Assembly: GCA_951406725.2 (NCBI GenBank)
Contig: OX597823.1
Location: 7,750,001-7,814,000, forward strand
Reading direction: 5' to 3'
Source of the DNA: Octopus vulgaris
Lineage: Eukaryota
Length of the DNA stretch: 64,000 bases
A program made the position numbers and the translations under genes. Under the pieces are notes generated by a model that searched no databases, was not told the DNA's origin, and saw only the letters and a program-made list of their open reading frames with translations. Below, piece by piece: positions 37,490 to 51,937 of this stretch (within the stretch, counting starts at the first letter, position 1; each line of letters starts with the position of its first letter).

Positions 37490-38080
37490 CTGATCTCAAA
37501 ATGTGGAGAGAACCTATGGAAGAAGGAAACCCAAGAAAACATGGGACAAAGTGGTGACATACGATCTTCAGGTGTTGAACCTCACAGTGGAGATGACAAA
37601 GGACTGAGACAATTGGTGATTTGCTGTGCTTGAGAAGATATGCCCATCTAAGTAAAACCAGACCATAAAAAAACTATACCCTTTATGTCTATGCTCTCTA
37701 CACAACCCATCTTCCTAACACCCTTTGCTCCACCTATTGCATCCTCCCCCACTCTCCCTCACTCCATATGTTCCCAGTGGCACGTGAAAAGCACCATCCG
37801 AACGTGGCCGATGCCAGCGCCACCTTGACTGGCTTCTGTGCCAGTGACACGTAAATAGCACCAACCAATTGTGGCCATTTGCCAGCCTCCTCTGGTCACT
37901 TTGCTGGTGGCACATAAAAAGCACCCACTACACTCACAGAGTGGTTGGCATTAGGAAGGGCATCCAGCTGTAGAAACACTGCCAGATCAGACTGGAGCCT
38001 GGTGCAGCTTCCAGGCTTCCCAGACTCCGGTCGAACTGTCCAAACTATGCTAGCATGGAAAACGGACGTATGATGATGAA
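37490..38080 (+). mobile_element. RTE ORF end plus 3' UTR tail
   Basis: GRRKPKKTWDKVV then the family core and tgatgatg. Confidence 0.75.
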
Positions 38081-38363
38081 TCTCTTCTCCACAACATATC
38101 CTCTAAATACCACTTCTCTTAACTCATATTCCCCAACCTCCATCGCAATCTCATGAATTCATTTACCCTCTCCAATCTCTGGTCCACTTCACTATATATA
38201 CACCTTCATGTAACTTCAGTGAGTGGCTCCTGCCTGCCAATCCCCATCATCATCTCTCTCCACCTGAGGTAGCCAGGTAGTTAAAGTTATATAGCATTGG
38301 TTCCATGTGTGATTTTCTGTCTCATTATACATTAAGACTGGAATAACCATTGACTTCAGTAAA

Positions 38364-39647
38364 TTAGCTTTCTGTATGATTAAGTAGATGAGTATTTAAA
38401 TGACCTTTTTTAAGGAATGATGTACCACAAATATCACAGTGATATGGCTTTTCTCCTGTATGAATAAATTTATGTCTAGTTAAGCCCCCATTCAATGAAA
38501 ATGATTTTCCACATATATCACAAGGATAGGGCTTCTCTCCTGTATGAATACGTTTATGTCTAATCAAATCACTACTTCTAGAGAATGATTTACCACATAT
38601 GTTACAATGATATGGTCTCTCTCCCGTATGAATCCGCTTGTGAGTAATTAAATCACTACTTGCAGAGCATAATTTACCACATATATTACAATGATATGGC
38701 TTCTCTCCTGTATGAATACGCTTGTGAGTTATCAAGGTACTTCCTTGAGAGAATGCCTTGCCACAGATATCACACTGATATGACTTCACTCCTGTATGAA
38801 TGCGTTTGTGTTTAGTTAAGTCACCATTTCTAGAGAATGATTTACCACAGTTATCACAATGATATGGGCTTTCTCCTGTATGAATACGCTTATGCGTAGT
38901 CAAGTTGCTTGTTTGTGAGAATGATTTACCACAGATATCACAGTCATACGGTTTCTCTCCTGTATGAGTACGTTTGTGGAAAGTTAAGGTATTTATATGA
39001 GAGAATGATTTACCACACAATTCACAATGATATGGTTTCTCTCCTGTATGAATGCGCTTGTGATGAATTAAGGAATTTCCCTGAGAGAATGCCTTGCCAC
39101 AGATATCACAATGATATGGTTTCTCCCCTGTATGAATGCGTTTGTGCTTAGTTAAGTGATCATTTCGAGTGAATGATTTACCGCAGATATCACAAGGATA
39201 GGGCTTCTCTCCTGTATGAATACGTTTGTGTTTTGTTGAGTTACTACTTGCAGAGAATGATTTACCACAGATTTCACAGTGGTACGGGTTCTCTCCTGTA
39301 TGAATATGTTTGTGATTTGTTAAACTACTTCTTGCAGAGAATGTTTTACCACAAATATCACAGTGATACGGTTTTTCTCCAGTGTGTAAACGTTTGTGAT
39401 TAGTTAAGTGGTCACTTTGAGGAAATGCTTTACCACAGATATCACACTGATATGGTCTCTCTCCTGTATGAATCCGCTTATGAGTTGTTAAGTTGCCACT
39501 TGAAGCAAATGATTTACCACAGATATCACAGTAATATGGCTTCTCTCCAGTATGAATACGTTTGTGAGAGGTTAGGTGACATTTTCGAGAGAATGGTCTT
39601 TTACAGATATCACAGGGAAATGATGTTTTCCTCATGTCTTTCAGCAT
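38364..39647 (-). CDS. C2H2 zinc-finger protein A, 15 tandem fingers, 427 aa
   Basis: Intact ORF of CxxC...HxxxH fingers with TGEKPY linkers; ATG at a position homologous to the other two paralogues; exon acceptor at about 40024. Confidence 0.95.
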   Translation of the reverse strand: MLKDMRKTSFPCDICKRPFSRKCHLTSHKRIHTGEKPYYCDICGKSFASSGNLTTHKRIHTGERPYQCDICGKAFPQSDHLTNHKRLHTGEKPYHCDICGKTFSARSSLTNHKHIHTGENPYHCEICGKSFSASSNSTKHKRIHTGEKPYPCDICGKSFTRNDHLTKHKRIHTGEKPYHCDICGKAFSQGNSLIHHKRIHTGEKPYHCELCGKSFSHINTLTFHKRTHTGEKPYDCDICGKSFSQTSNLTTHKRIHTGESPYHCDNCGKSFSRNGDLTKHKRIHTGVKSYQCDICGKAFSQGSTLITHKRIHTGEKPYHCNICGKLCSASSDLITHKRIHTGERPYHCNICGKSFSRSSDLIRHKRIHTGEKPYPCDICGKSFSLNGGLTRHKFIHTGEKPYHCDICGTSFLKKGHLNTHLLNHTES

Positions 39648-40359
39648 CTCATCAAGGAAACCCAGTTTTTTTACTGTAATTTACATTCAACCTTGTTTTC
39701 ACAAAATTAATTATAATTTTCCTTCTCTCAACATCATATGCATATTTTTCTTCTATTGTTCTTTATATTTTATTCCAAACAAATATTTTTGCTATATTTC
39801 CATAAACTGTGATATATATCTCAAGATCTGAAGATGATGTAAATTCTTTATTAATCCAAGTTTAGCTAGAAGGCAAAATCATCTTATACACATATCAGAC
39901 AGCGAAGTAGAATAATCTTAGTATTATTGTCACTCATATCCATTCTGTATAATATCTTCCTTTATTCCCTTTAAAAGTTATCTGATGGGAAGAAATTCTT
40001 CAATACCAGTGTCATCTGATATTCTGTAATAATAGAAAAATAGTATAAGATATAGAAAAGTTTTCTGCAGTAGAGTTCAACAGGAGAAATTTTAGATTTC
40101 AATATTAATAAACTGTAAATATAAACAGTTATTTGATAGTCAAATCACATTATACAACCTTGTGTGAAGTCAACATATTTACAGAATACAGCACCTTCAG
40201 GTTAATTAACATTATTTATATATATTAAAGTATAAGATAACCAGTAACATTCTTCTCTCTCCAGAAACACCCTTTATTGTTAAGGTTTTATTAAATACAT
40301 GCAACTCCTTCCAAATGTGCTGAGTGCTACTTTCATTGGTTATTCTCACCCAAGTGAGT

Positions 40360-40665
40360 ATGGAACAGACTCATGCTAAGAGTTGCTGAAGCATGGAACA
40401 GACTCACGCTAAGAATTGCTGAAGCATGGAACAGACTGCCAGCATCAGTTGTTAGTTGTCGGAGCACTGCATCCTTCAAAACTTCCATGCTTCCTGAGAT
40501 TCGCCAACACTACACCTGATTTTCTCCCCTCCATACACACGCAAGCATGTATCTGACTCATACACTGTTCGCTTTCCAGACATTTTGTACATTACTGCAT
40601 ATGCTTTATACGCACTTTTGACAAGTTGTGGTGCACCTGAGCACTGTATACAATAATTTCATTAT
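40360..40665 (+). mobile_element. CR1/L2-like 3' fragment with a 33-bp 5' duplication
   Basis: Near-identical to 9410-9670. Confidence 0.75.
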
Positions 40666-42389
40666 ATTTTTGTAATGGGAACCTGTGGAAGAGTTAAACC
40701 TGGAAGACATAGGACAATGAGGTGAAATATGATCTTCAGATGTTGTGTCTCATGGAGGCGATGACAAGTGACCAAGACTTTTGGTGATTAGTTGAAATTG
40801 TAGTCATGACCAGTGCCACAACTGAAGGACACCTGTGCAAGTAACACGTAAAAGGCATCTGTGCTGGTGGTGCGTAAAAGATACCCAGCACACTCTGTGG
40901 AGTGGCTGGCATAGGAAGGGCAAACAGTCACAGAAACCATGTCACAGATATATCCATCACATTTTTTTTTCAGACATAACGTACTTAGAACTATATTTAT
41001 GATGTTCTATTTATTGTGGATTTTAATGGTGATCAAGTGTTTCTTGAAACAGTATTTAAAGATCGAAAATATTTTATATGACATTCTAGTAACAATTCAT
41101 ATTATTATTTTACTTCATTAATTAAAAAATATGCTTACAAATGAAACAAAAAAATACTGTGTCAACACAAAATAATCCCCTATAAATTGCGTCTAGAAAT
41201 AACGAAATTGCAGTCGATAACAAAGTTTCTTAATCAAAGATAAGGTAAACTGAGATGATAGGTGAAAATCGAAAGATTACAATACTAACAGACAACACTT
41301 TCATAAGTGAATTGTCTCAGACGTTCTTTCGATTAGGCTGACATCGTACATCAGTGCAAATTAAGTTATACTGGTTGAATTTGACAAGGAAACAAAATTT
41401 AGCTTTAAAACCTTTATTTCGGTATTGATCAACAATAAACATGAAAATCGTAAAATACGTATGATTTGGTTGATGTTTAATTTTTTAACTCCTATGTTGA
41501 AATATATTCAGAGAAGTGGCTAATGCCTCTCCACCAACTTTGTTTCCTCATAACTTCCAGAAGAGTGATTTTTTTTTAATGAAATTTTTTACAAATACGC
41601 TTTAGATGTAGATTTCAATTATATTGGAACTGTTGGAGTTTCACATTGGAAGTTGTCGCGATTAATTTTATCAATTTTTTTTTTTCAGAATCATAATCTC
41701 CGTATTTCGACAAAAGGTAAAAAAAAAATGAGAAATTGGGGTGGCGGTGGGGGTTTAAAATTTTGAAATGCCGATTTTTTTTTTTGCAGATTCGGAAATT
41801 CCGCAGTCGAAAGATTGATTGGGTTTCTAAGGGGGAAATGAAAAAACCGAAAGGGGGTGCGGTCCATGTTCCTTTACCTCCGCCCAAAAATTGTATCATC
41901 TTAATGATGTCGAGTCAAAACGAAAGAATGCCTTAATGATTTCCTCTGTCGAAATAATGGCAATTAAATCCGAATATTTGTTTACCAGCGATGATTCGAA
42001 AGATTGCCTGTTTATCTATGAAATTAAACCGGGACAACAAAACATTCACTTTTAAGGGTCACAATTTGGCTCTGGTTGACAATAAATCGTTAAAAGTTTA
42101 TGATCCCCTAGAAATAATCTTTTAATTTTTGTTGTGTTTTGGAAGGGTCAAAGTGGAATATATAATTAAAAAGGACACTGACATTGGTGAGGAGTGCATT
42201 CATATCTTCTACACTTATATTATCAGTTTAATAATTGGAAGAATTTGAATTCCATTCATTTCTATGATTCCAACTATTGTTGGAAAATGGAGATTATAAG
42301 CGAACTGAACCAATGCAATTTTCTCTCACTTCTGTTGCCCTTAAACGCACAATAATCGAAGGATTTGTAATTTAGTCATTAATACTTAC

Positions 42390-42492
42390 GGAAATATTTC
42401 GCTAACGACTCTCTTGATTCTTCTTCTTCTGTTTCTGCTGCTGGGAGAGGAGGCGCTCAAATGGAAACGGAAATTACTACTGCGCATGCGCA
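42390..42492 (-). promoter_or_regulatory. Probable non-coding first exon and promoter of ZNF-A with an NRF1-type palindrome
   Basis: gtaagt donor at 42384-42389; TGCGCATGCGCA at 42481-42492; ETS-like CGGAAAT just before it. Confidence 0.6.
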
Positions 42493-42509
42493 CATAGATT
42501 ACTATTACA

Positions 42510-43895
42510 TTGCTGTCGGGCAAAATGTTTGATGGTTACGTTGTGAGTTCAAATTCCGCCGAGGTCGACTTTGCTTTTCATCCTTTCGGGGTCGATAAAT
42601 TAAGTACCAGTTACGCACTGGGGTCGATGTAATCGTCTTAATACCTATGTCTGTCCATGTTTGTCCCCTCTGTGTTTAGCCCCTTGTGGGTAATAAAGAA
42701 ATAGGTATTTTGTTCGTCTTTAAAGGCAGCGAGCTGGCAGAAACGTTAGCACGCCGGGCGAAATGCGTAGCAGTATTTGGTCTGCCGTTACGTTCTGAGT
42801 TCAAATTCCGTCGAAGTCGACTTTGCCTTTCACCCCTTCGGGGTCGATAAATTAAGTACCAGTTACGCACTGGGGTCGATGTAATCGACTTAATCCGTCT
42901 GTCTGTCCTCTCTGTGTTTAGCCCCTTGTGGGTAGTAAAGAAATAAGTATTTTGTTCGTCTTTAAAGGAGGTGAGTTGGCAGAAACGTTAGCACTCCGGG
43001 CGAAATTCGTAGCAGTATTTGGTCTGCCGTTACGTTCTGAGTTCAAATTCCGCCGAAGTCGACTTTGCCTTTCATCCTTTCGGGGTCGATTAAATAAATA
43101 CCAGTTACGCACTGGAGGTCGATGTAATCAACTTAATCCGTTTGTTTGTCCTCTCTGTGTTTAGCCCCTTGTGGGTAGTAAAGAAATAGGTATTTTGTTC
43201 GTCTTTACGTTCTGAGTTCAAATTCTGTCGTGGTCGACTTTAGCTTTCGTCTTTTTGAGGTCGATAAAATAAGTACCAGTTAAACACTGAGGTCGATGTA
43301 ATTGACTTACTCCATCCAAAAAACTGCTGGCCTTGGGCCAAAATTTGAAACTGTATTTGTTTTCATTGTAAGGCGTCGAGAACTGACAGAATGACGCCGG
43401 GAAAAATGTTTAGCAGCATTTCATCCATCTTTATGTTCTGTGATCAAATTCCACCGAGATTGACTTGGCATCTAATCCTTTTATTTTCAATAAAATAGGT
43501 AACGTTTGCAGACTGGGGGTCGAAGAATTTGATATCCCTTCTCTGTGCAAGGCTTGCCTTATGCCAAAATTTCTCAAAGGCAGCTGGACAAAATGCCGCC
43601 AAGCATTTCGTCCGTCCTCACGTTCAGAGTTCAAATTCCGATTTTGTCTTTCATCCTTTCAGGGTCGATAAAATAAGTATCAATTGAACACAAGAGTCAA
43701 AGTAATCAACTTATTCCCTTCCCCAAATTTTCTGACCTTGTGCCAAAATTTGAAATCATTATTTGACTGGCACTAAGGCAGTGAGCTGGCAGAATTATTA
43801 ACACCCCAGACAGGAACAGGAATACTTAGCAGTATTTCATCCGTCTTTACATTATAAATTCAAATTCCGCCAAAGTCAGCTTTACCTTTCGGAGT
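42510..43895 (+). repeat. Head-to-tail cluster of about 7 SINE family B units
   Basis: gagttcaaattccgccg...gcctttcatcctttcggggtcgataaattaagtacc recurs at about 42545, 42797, 43039, 43214, 43440, 43627 and 43858. Confidence 0.85.
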
Positions 43896-44111
43896 TGATC
43901 ATCATCATCATCATCATCATTTAGCGTCCGTTTTCCATGCTAGCATGGGTTGGACGGTTGAACTGGGGTCTGTGAAGCCAGAAGGCTGCATCAGGCCCAG
44001 TCTGATCTGGCAGAGTTTCTACAGCTGGATGCCCTTCCTAACGCCAACCACTCCGTATTTTATTCACCCCAGAAGGATGAAAAGCAAACCGCATTAAGAT
44101 TTTAAAATAGA

Positions 44112-44513
44112 TCTTTTACTTGTTTCAGTCATTAGACTGCAGCCATGCTGGAGCACTACCTTGATGAAATTTTAGTCAAACAATTCTACCCCAGTACTTT
44201 TTATAAGCTTGGTATTTATTTTATCGAGGTCTTTTTGCCGAACTGCTCAGTTATGGGGACTTAAACTAGCATCAGTTGTCAGGCATTGGTGGGAGACCAA
44301 AAACAAACACTAAGGTATACACACACACACACATTTACATACATATATACAATGGGCTTCTTTCAGTTTCCATCATCAAAACCCACTCACAAGGCTTTAG
44401 TTAACCAGATGCTATAGTAGAAGACACTTGCCCACAGAGCCATGCAATGGTACTGAACCCGGAACCATGTGGTTAGGAAGCAAGCTTCTTACCACACAGC
44501 CATGCCTGCACCT
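44112..44513 (-). mobile_element. SINE family A, diverged
   Basis: Reverse complement of the family sequence with many substitutions. Confidence 0.75.
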
Positions 44514-44999
44514 AGATGGTAACAGAATTCCACGTGCTATCTGGCAAGCTCATGTGTGGTTAATATTTAACCCCAAGTCAGCAATTAATTGGGTTGACCA
44601 TTGATCGGAGGCATAATGAACATCCTGACCTTTATCCAAACACTAAGATGGCACCAATATACTTTCACTCTATTGTGTTTTCTATAACACAGTTATACCT
44701 TATTAGAAATATAAATGGTGATTTCAATACACAGTGTAGTCTTTAAATTTTTGACTTCAAATAAAGTTTTTGAAAGTGCATTAATCATAGGATTGTATTT
44801 TTGTAAATCAGTTTTTCTTGTGATTCTCTTTCCTAGTAGTTTGTAAACTGAACATGGAATTGGAAAGAAAAAAATATATTAAAAATAATATTTTAAAGGG
44901 AATCAATAATGACATGAAACAAGGGCCTAGATTCCAAATCATATAGGTGCAGTTACCAGGATCAGGCCACATCATATCAAGCAACTTGCCCAAGATGCT

Positions 45000-46740
45000 A
45001 AACAATCATTATAATCATCATTTAACGTCCATTGTCCATGCTGGTGTGGGTTGGACGGTTTGACCAGAGTTGACAAGACTGAGAGCTGTATCAGACTCCA
45101 GTCTGATTCGGCATGGTTTCTATGAATGGATGCCCTTCCTAATGCCAACCACTTTACAGTGAGCTTGGTACTTTTATGTGGCACCAGCACAGGACTCTTG
45201 CAGGCCAATCCTCTTCACCAGGGGAATGTGGCCTTAACACTTCTGCTGTGGAGTGCGGGTCTTCTTGAGTACAGTAAGGCACCAGTTATCTCAGTCCTTT
45301 GTCATCTTGTTTGAAAGGTTCAGCATTCTGAGGTCTCCTTCAGTACTTTGTCCTATGTCTTCCTGGGTCTCCTTCTTCCACGTATCAGATAGAATTGCTA
45401 TCAGTATACATGCATCATACAACCTTCCTTTCATAGCCAATAGAGGTCAAAGCTCTCTGAATTTCCTCCATCCTATTCTTATTCTAGCTATACACTCTCT
45501 GTGCATCATCTTCTACTACTAATTTGGTCCCCTAGGTAGCAGAGATTATCTACTACCTCTAATAAGCCACCAGGGCATTTGAGAGAATCAATTTCACAGG
45601 TATCTGTAGTTTTTATGGAACCTGTGCATCTTCTCCATACAAACACTGCTTTCTCTGATAACCTTCCTTATTATTCCATTGCACCTCTTGTGTCCACAGC
45701 TTACAATGGATACACCATATGGAGTTCCTACCTACACCTTTCCTACAAATTGAGTAGAGCCACCTACCTGAAGTGGGTAGAGTTCTATTTGTTTTCTTGC
45801 TTACTAAGACCTTAGTCTTTGCTAAGTTATCCTTAGAGCCTTTAGATTCCAGGTTTTAGAATCTCTCTTCTAGCTCTGATACAGAATCAGTTATGAAGAC
45901 AAGATCATCAGCCTATAATAGTTCCCAGAGGCTGCTGGTCTTGATTCCTTTATGGCCTGGAGGACAATGATGAAAAGGAGGGGACTGAGCCTTGGTGAAC
46001 CCCTACCCGTACACCAAATTCTTCACTGTACTTGTGGTTAACTCTCACATTACTGACAGTGTCTCTGTACCTGGCCTGTACAACTCTAACAAGCCACTCA
46101 TTTATCCCTAGCTTCCTCAGTGACAACCATATCACACAGTGGGGTACTCTGTCAAAGGTTTTTTCCAGATCAACAAAGGCGCAGGAGTGGCTGTGTGGTA
46201 AGTAGCTTGCTAACCAGCCACATGGTTCCGGGTTCAGTCCCACTGCGTGGCATCTTGGGCAAGTGTCTTCTGCTATAGCCCCGGGCCGACCAATGCCTTG
46301 TGAGTGGATTTGGTAGACGGAAACTGAAAGAAGCCTGTCGTATATATATATGTATATATATATATATATATGTGTATGTGTGTTTGTCTCCCTAGCATTG
46401 CTTGACAACCGATGCTGGTGTGTTTACGTCCCCGTAACTTAGCGGTTCGGCAAAAGAGACCGATAGAATAAGTACTGGGCTTACAAAGAATAAGTCCCGG
46501 GGTGGATTTGCTCGACTAAAGGCGGTGCTCCAGCATGGCCGCAGTCAAATGACTGAAACAAGTAAAAGAGTAAATGCCAAGTATAATGGTTTATTCTCAG
46601 CTAAATATTTCACTTGCAGTTGCCTGACTATGAAAACAGCATTTCATCTAGCCTATTTCTGTTCTTAATTGGGCTGTAACTCTCTCCATAAATTTCATTA
46701 CCTGGTCCAGAAGTTTCATGTCTCTATAATAGCTTCTATC
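45000..46740 (-). mobile_element. Degenerate RTE LINE (RT) interrupted by SINE A
   Basis: LAF|VDLEKTFDRVP...VGVHQGS is split by the SINE; tail core at 45010-45190. Confidence 0.85.
46177..46574 (+). mobile_element. Young SINE family A nested in RTE
   Basis: Full-length, CpG-intact copy. Confidence 0.9.
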
Positions 46741-46799
46741 ATTTTCAACAAAATTATCTCCATATTATTGAAAATTCCATGAAGTTCCTACATAAATGA

Positions 46800-47250
46800 G
46801 GTTATAAAGACAAAGGTTCACCTGGAATAAATATAGAGGGCCCCCCCAGTTATTGAATACATACACAAACTTCAACACAAGGAATACTGGTGGACATCCT
46901 CATCAATACATCTATCATGTGTAAACATAACTAGCCGGAAATTGGTGTTTTGAACTGACAAGAACAAATATGTACCGTCACAGAGGTCAGCTGTCTTGCT
47001 GATGTGAATATTTCTTTGAAAATCAAAAAGAAGATAATTATGGACAACTGCTTTGAAACCTCCAGTTTCAATGTATGATTATATATTCACATTTATACCA
47101 ATAATAACTGGTGCACTTGGTTTTGTGAATAAATGTCTAAGTGACAATCTGGATAAGCTTGGATTTTCTGAAAAAGAAATCATCCAACTAATTTGCACAT
47201 TACAAATACAATCTGGAAGTAAAAATATGCAAGAATTTTCTCAAGTTTAA
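46800..47250 (+). mobile_element. RLE-type non-LTR retrotransposon 3' fragment
   Basis: KEYWW...EVSCLADVNI...FIPIITGALG...LQIQS. Confidence 0.65.
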
Positions 47251-48689
47251 AATGTGACAATGTTTTTGTTATTTACATTGCAACAATGGAGCATTATATC
47301 TTTGTCAGAAACCAGATCTTCCTCAAAAGAGGAATTTGAATAATTAAAAAGAAAGGAGGACATACATATTGGTTTGTCAGATAAATTTGTTCCTTTCTTG
47401 CCAATGTTATTTGAATGAGCACGAAAAATATCTTTCTTTTTTTTTTGTAGCTCTGCTTTCCTCTAACGACATTTATTTATAATTTTTGGAACTTCAATAA
47501 ATTCTTACCTCTTTTCAGACATATGATGATAGAATGCTACATAGAAGAAAAAAAAAAGCATTTTCAACATCCGTTTCCCTTTGCTTTCAGTCAAGGTTCC
47601 AAAACTGCCAAATTCTGTCGAGGCATTTATGCTGTTTACTATTTCTGATATAACTGCACAGAAATTGCTTTCATGACCTCACAGACTCCTCACGTTCCAA
47701 CTGACCTGTCCAGTTCAATAGAGGTTGATTGAACAAGCTCATCGATTAGAATCCATGCCAATCAACTAAGGAATTGGCCCAGCAATGAAATACTCTAATG
47801 ATACCATCACCTCTCACATTCACTTGCTGGTTTAGGACAAAAAATTGTTGATATGTAGGATCCTCCCAGTAAACAGTTGGTAGACTTTCAAAAGTTACAG
47901 GTTGGAGGATGTGTAGGTGTGTGCTTGTGTCTGTTGTAGCTCATGATGTTGTCTAAGCAGGTGTAACTGACCACAACATTGCAGGGATTGGTTCTTAAAT
48001 CCTGCCTCTCAAAAACTGTAATCTATAGAACTATCCTCACATCATTTGATGGTGTTACAAGATACTACGAGAGTCTGACAGCCAATGATTTTTAAGGGAA
48101 GGTATACATGGCACATGCACTCCTTCAGATACAGGAATAGGAAAAATTTCCTTATCTTTGCATCTGAAGACTCCACAATCACCAGAACGACTTCCATAAC
48201 ATCAAATAGAGTATCATTGACAGCCTTCCACTTATGCACTTGGAACTCCCAATTGCCAACTGTCTCCAAAAGGGACTACACAACCAATATGCAGTATCCT
48301 TCAACAGGAAGAATGAACTATCTTATTTTTACCACCAGAGGTATGATCTGTTAATGAAATTCAAGCCACAGGAAATTGTAACCAAAACCATCAAATTCGG
48401 TTACTCTCATGTAGACGTCTGCCACTAATGTGTTGCTCTATTGAACGATGACTGACCTACTCACCCGAACCATCACCCCTCATTACCAAGTGCAGTACCC
48501 AAGTCAATGAACTGTTGTCACTGGTGCTACATCACAGTCAGCTGTCAAAGTGGTGACACCATCGTGTCTGAGTATGTGAGCCTAAGGATAAAGAAAATAA
48601 CTTTTAGATGTTAGGCCTTGATTAGTCAGCTCGGATTGTGTTGTGCTGCTGTAAGAAGGCAGCCTGTCTTGAATTCCTCTGTTATTGCC

Positions 48690-48810
48690 TAGAAGGGCTC
48701 TCTTCAGATCTGACACATTTGAATAGGAGCAAGCAGAAACATAACTCTCTAAGAGGGACCAGATAACAAAGTCCATGGGATTGATGCCTGGACTTGAGGG
48801 AGGCCATGTG
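48690..48810 (-). mobile_element. Tc1/mariner-superfamily transposase fragment
   Basis: WPPSSPGINPMDFVIWSLLE...DLKRAL. Confidence 0.7.
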
Positions 48811-50280
48811 CTCAGCCCCCTCTTGTTTGTCATAGTCCTCTAGGCAATAACAGAGGAATTCAAGACAGGCTGCCTTTGGGAGCTCCTCTATACTGATGAC
48901 CTTGCTCTTATAGCTGAATCATTACCTGAACTAGAGAAGAAATTCCAGGTATGGAAGCAAGGACTAGAATCAAAGGGCCTTATAGTTAAACTAGCAAAAA
49001 CCTAAGTCATAGTAAGTAGGAAGGCAGATAAATCACAAACCCCTTCAGGTAGATGGCCCTGCTTGATCTTTAGAAAAGGTGTAGGTAGAAACACCATAAG
49101 ATGCACCCAGCATAAACTTTGTACACATAAAACGTGCAACATCAGAGGAAGGTTAACAGGAAAACTAACTTTTGTATGTGGAAGATGCACAGGTACAATA
49201 AATGCTGAAAATGCACAGAAAATAGACTCCATCAACTGACAGGGGAACAAGCCAGATGTAGTAAATAGCTTCTATCTAGGTTACCAGTTTAGTAGTGAAA
49301 GTGGATGCTCCAAAAGTGTAGCTGTGAGAATAAGATTAGGCTGGGTGAAATTCAGAGAGCTCCTATCCCTACTAGCAACAAAGGGCCTCTCTCTCTCCCA
49401 GAGTGAAAAGCAGATTGTTTGATGCCTGTATGAAAACAGCTATGCTGCATGGTAGTGAAACATGGGCTATAACAGCCAAGGACATGTGTAGGCTCGAGAG
49501 AAATGAAGCCAGTATGCTTCACTGGATGTGCAATGTCAGTGTGCATGTACGACAGAGTGTAAGCATCTTCAGAGAAAAGTTAAGCAAAAGAGGAATCAGA
49601 TGTGATGTGCAAGAGAGACAACCACACTGGTATGGTCATGGACAAGGACAGCTGTGTATAGAAGTACCGATCTCTAACTGTGGAGGGAACCTGTGGTAGA
49701 GGTAGATCTAGGAACACATGGGACGAGTTAGTGAAGCCTGATCTTCAAACTTTGAGCCTCACAGTGGTAATGACTGGTGACTAAGACCTTTGGCAATGTG
49801 CTGTGCTTGAGAGGATCCATCAAACCAAGTGCACCTGTGCAGGTGACATGTAAAGGACATCTTTTGAATATTGGACCTCACAGAGGCACAATGGATGAGT
49901 TCTTTTCAAGGGTTGGGCCTCATAGAGGCAAGGTGACAGAGTTCCTTTTGAGTGTTGGGCCTCACAGAGGCAATGACCAAGACCTTTGGCATTATGTCGT
50001 GCTTAAGACCCATCAAGCTGAGCAATATCACAGTCATGGCAGATACCAGTATCACACAAAGTGGCACCTGTGCTGGTGGCATATAAAAGCACCCTGGTGT
50101 CACATAAATGGAATGTGCTGATGGCACATAAAAGCACCCATTACACTCTCACAGTGGTTGGCATTAGGAAGGGCATCCAGATGTAGAAAACCATGGAGTC
50201 TGGTGCAGCCTTCCAGTGTGCTAGCCCAGTCAAACAGTCCAACCCATGCCAGCATGAACAACAGATGTTAAATGATGATA
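48800..50280 (+). mobile_element. Degenerate RTE LINE, RT through 3' tail
   Basis: LSPLLFVIV...WELLYTDDL...MLHGSETW...WYGH; ends in the tail core plus gatgat. Confidence 0.88.
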
Positions 50281-50310
50281 ACATATATGTATATATACAT
50301 ACACACACAT

Positions 50311-50342
<32 letters not shown>

Positions 50343-51937
50343 TACATATTTATATATATACATATATGTGTTCGAAAAGTGTTTAAATTTTATTGTTATG
50401 TATACATGTATACACACATATAAATTATGTCATAGGTTATAATGATATACCATTATTTGAAAATTGAGAAAAATCAATTTTCAAATATACCAACCTTCCA
50501 ACTTGTACCAGCATGGAAAGCGGGCGTTAAATGATGATGATACACACGTACATATATAACAGATGCATAGAAATCAAAAGTAAAGAGAAATATCTCATGC
50601 CAAAATAGTTTACATTTAAAAAATTTATTACTTTTCCTCCAACAGTGAAAGAATTACACACACATCTTTTCTGCCCTCAATTATTTATTTGGTGCCATGG
50701 AAAAAGCACTTGTGCTGGTGCCATGTAAAAGGCACTCATGCTGGTGCCATAGAAAAGTGCTGCTTGTGTTGGTGGCACATTAGAAGCACCCAGCACACAC
50801 TGTACAGCAATTGACATCAGGAAGGGCATCCGGCCATAGAAACCAAGCCAAATCAGAATGGAACCTGGTGCAGTTTCCCAGCATGGAAAACAGGGGTGAA
50901 AGATATATATATGCAGTATATAAAGAGACAAATAAGAAATTTGTACAGCACAGATATTTACAAAGAATAAATACATCGAAGTCGAATAAAATGATAATTA
51001 AAATAAAACATGGGGAAATGTTTCAGATTCTAGTTCACACATAGTGAAAACTACTGGTTAGGTAGAGTTAGAGCATTTTGTGCCCTATCCACCTCCTGTT
51101 GCTTGTACTGCACCCAAAGGCACTTGTTAACAACTTCTGACTTGATTGGAGTAAATAACCTCATGTCTTAGAATAAAACTGTTTTAGTTCATTTTAATGT
51201 CTATTTTTTTTTTTTTTTTTACCAAAACAACAAACTGTTCTTTGTATGTCTCCTATATTCCAACCACAACAATGACTCGTTTTTATATCACTAGAATATA
51301 TATGGCACCACAAATGTGTGATTTTATTGATTAAATGATTGTTGAAAAATGCTGGATTTCAGTTCTTTCTTCTCTGAGGAGGAGCACTATTTCGATTTTG
51401 AGATGGTTATTCCTCTGCATTCCATTTTAGTTGTCCTATAGTGTCATCTGTGCATGTCATGAGTACTGTTTACAGTGTGTGTGTGTGTAACAGTGGTTAT
51501 AGTATATTGGTGTGTGTGAGTATACCTGTGATTATAATGATAGTGTGCATGTATGTTGTTAGTGGTTACAGTGCATTAGAGTGTAAATATCACACATTGT
51601 AAAATGTTCATACTTTACCATGTAGAATTAAGCAGAAATATTTCTACATGTGTGGAGTAAACACCATCTGTTTCATTCATTAATTATATTACCACACAGA
51701 AGAGTATCAATGTACCTACAATAAATAGAGTATTTTTTCTCTCTTCTGAAAATATGTCCAAAAGAATATTCATGTGTATTTTGAAAGAATGTTTCTATTA
51801 AACATATCAGTGGTAAGTTATAACACTAATATTGACACAGTTGTGGTTATATACAACATAAATTTGAGAGGTGGTTCTCAGATATATCTTCTTTGTATCT
51901 TTCTTTGATAGAAATAGTTACAACATTCGCAGTTACT

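Noticed and set aside
38909-39679. Plus-strand ORFs with a repeated YHRYH motif
   Set aside because: Antisense shadows of the periodic zinc-finger CDS.
47367-47900. Fourth mariner element
   Set aside because: One TIR-like end resembling 12154, but no matching right end or clear catalytic motifs.
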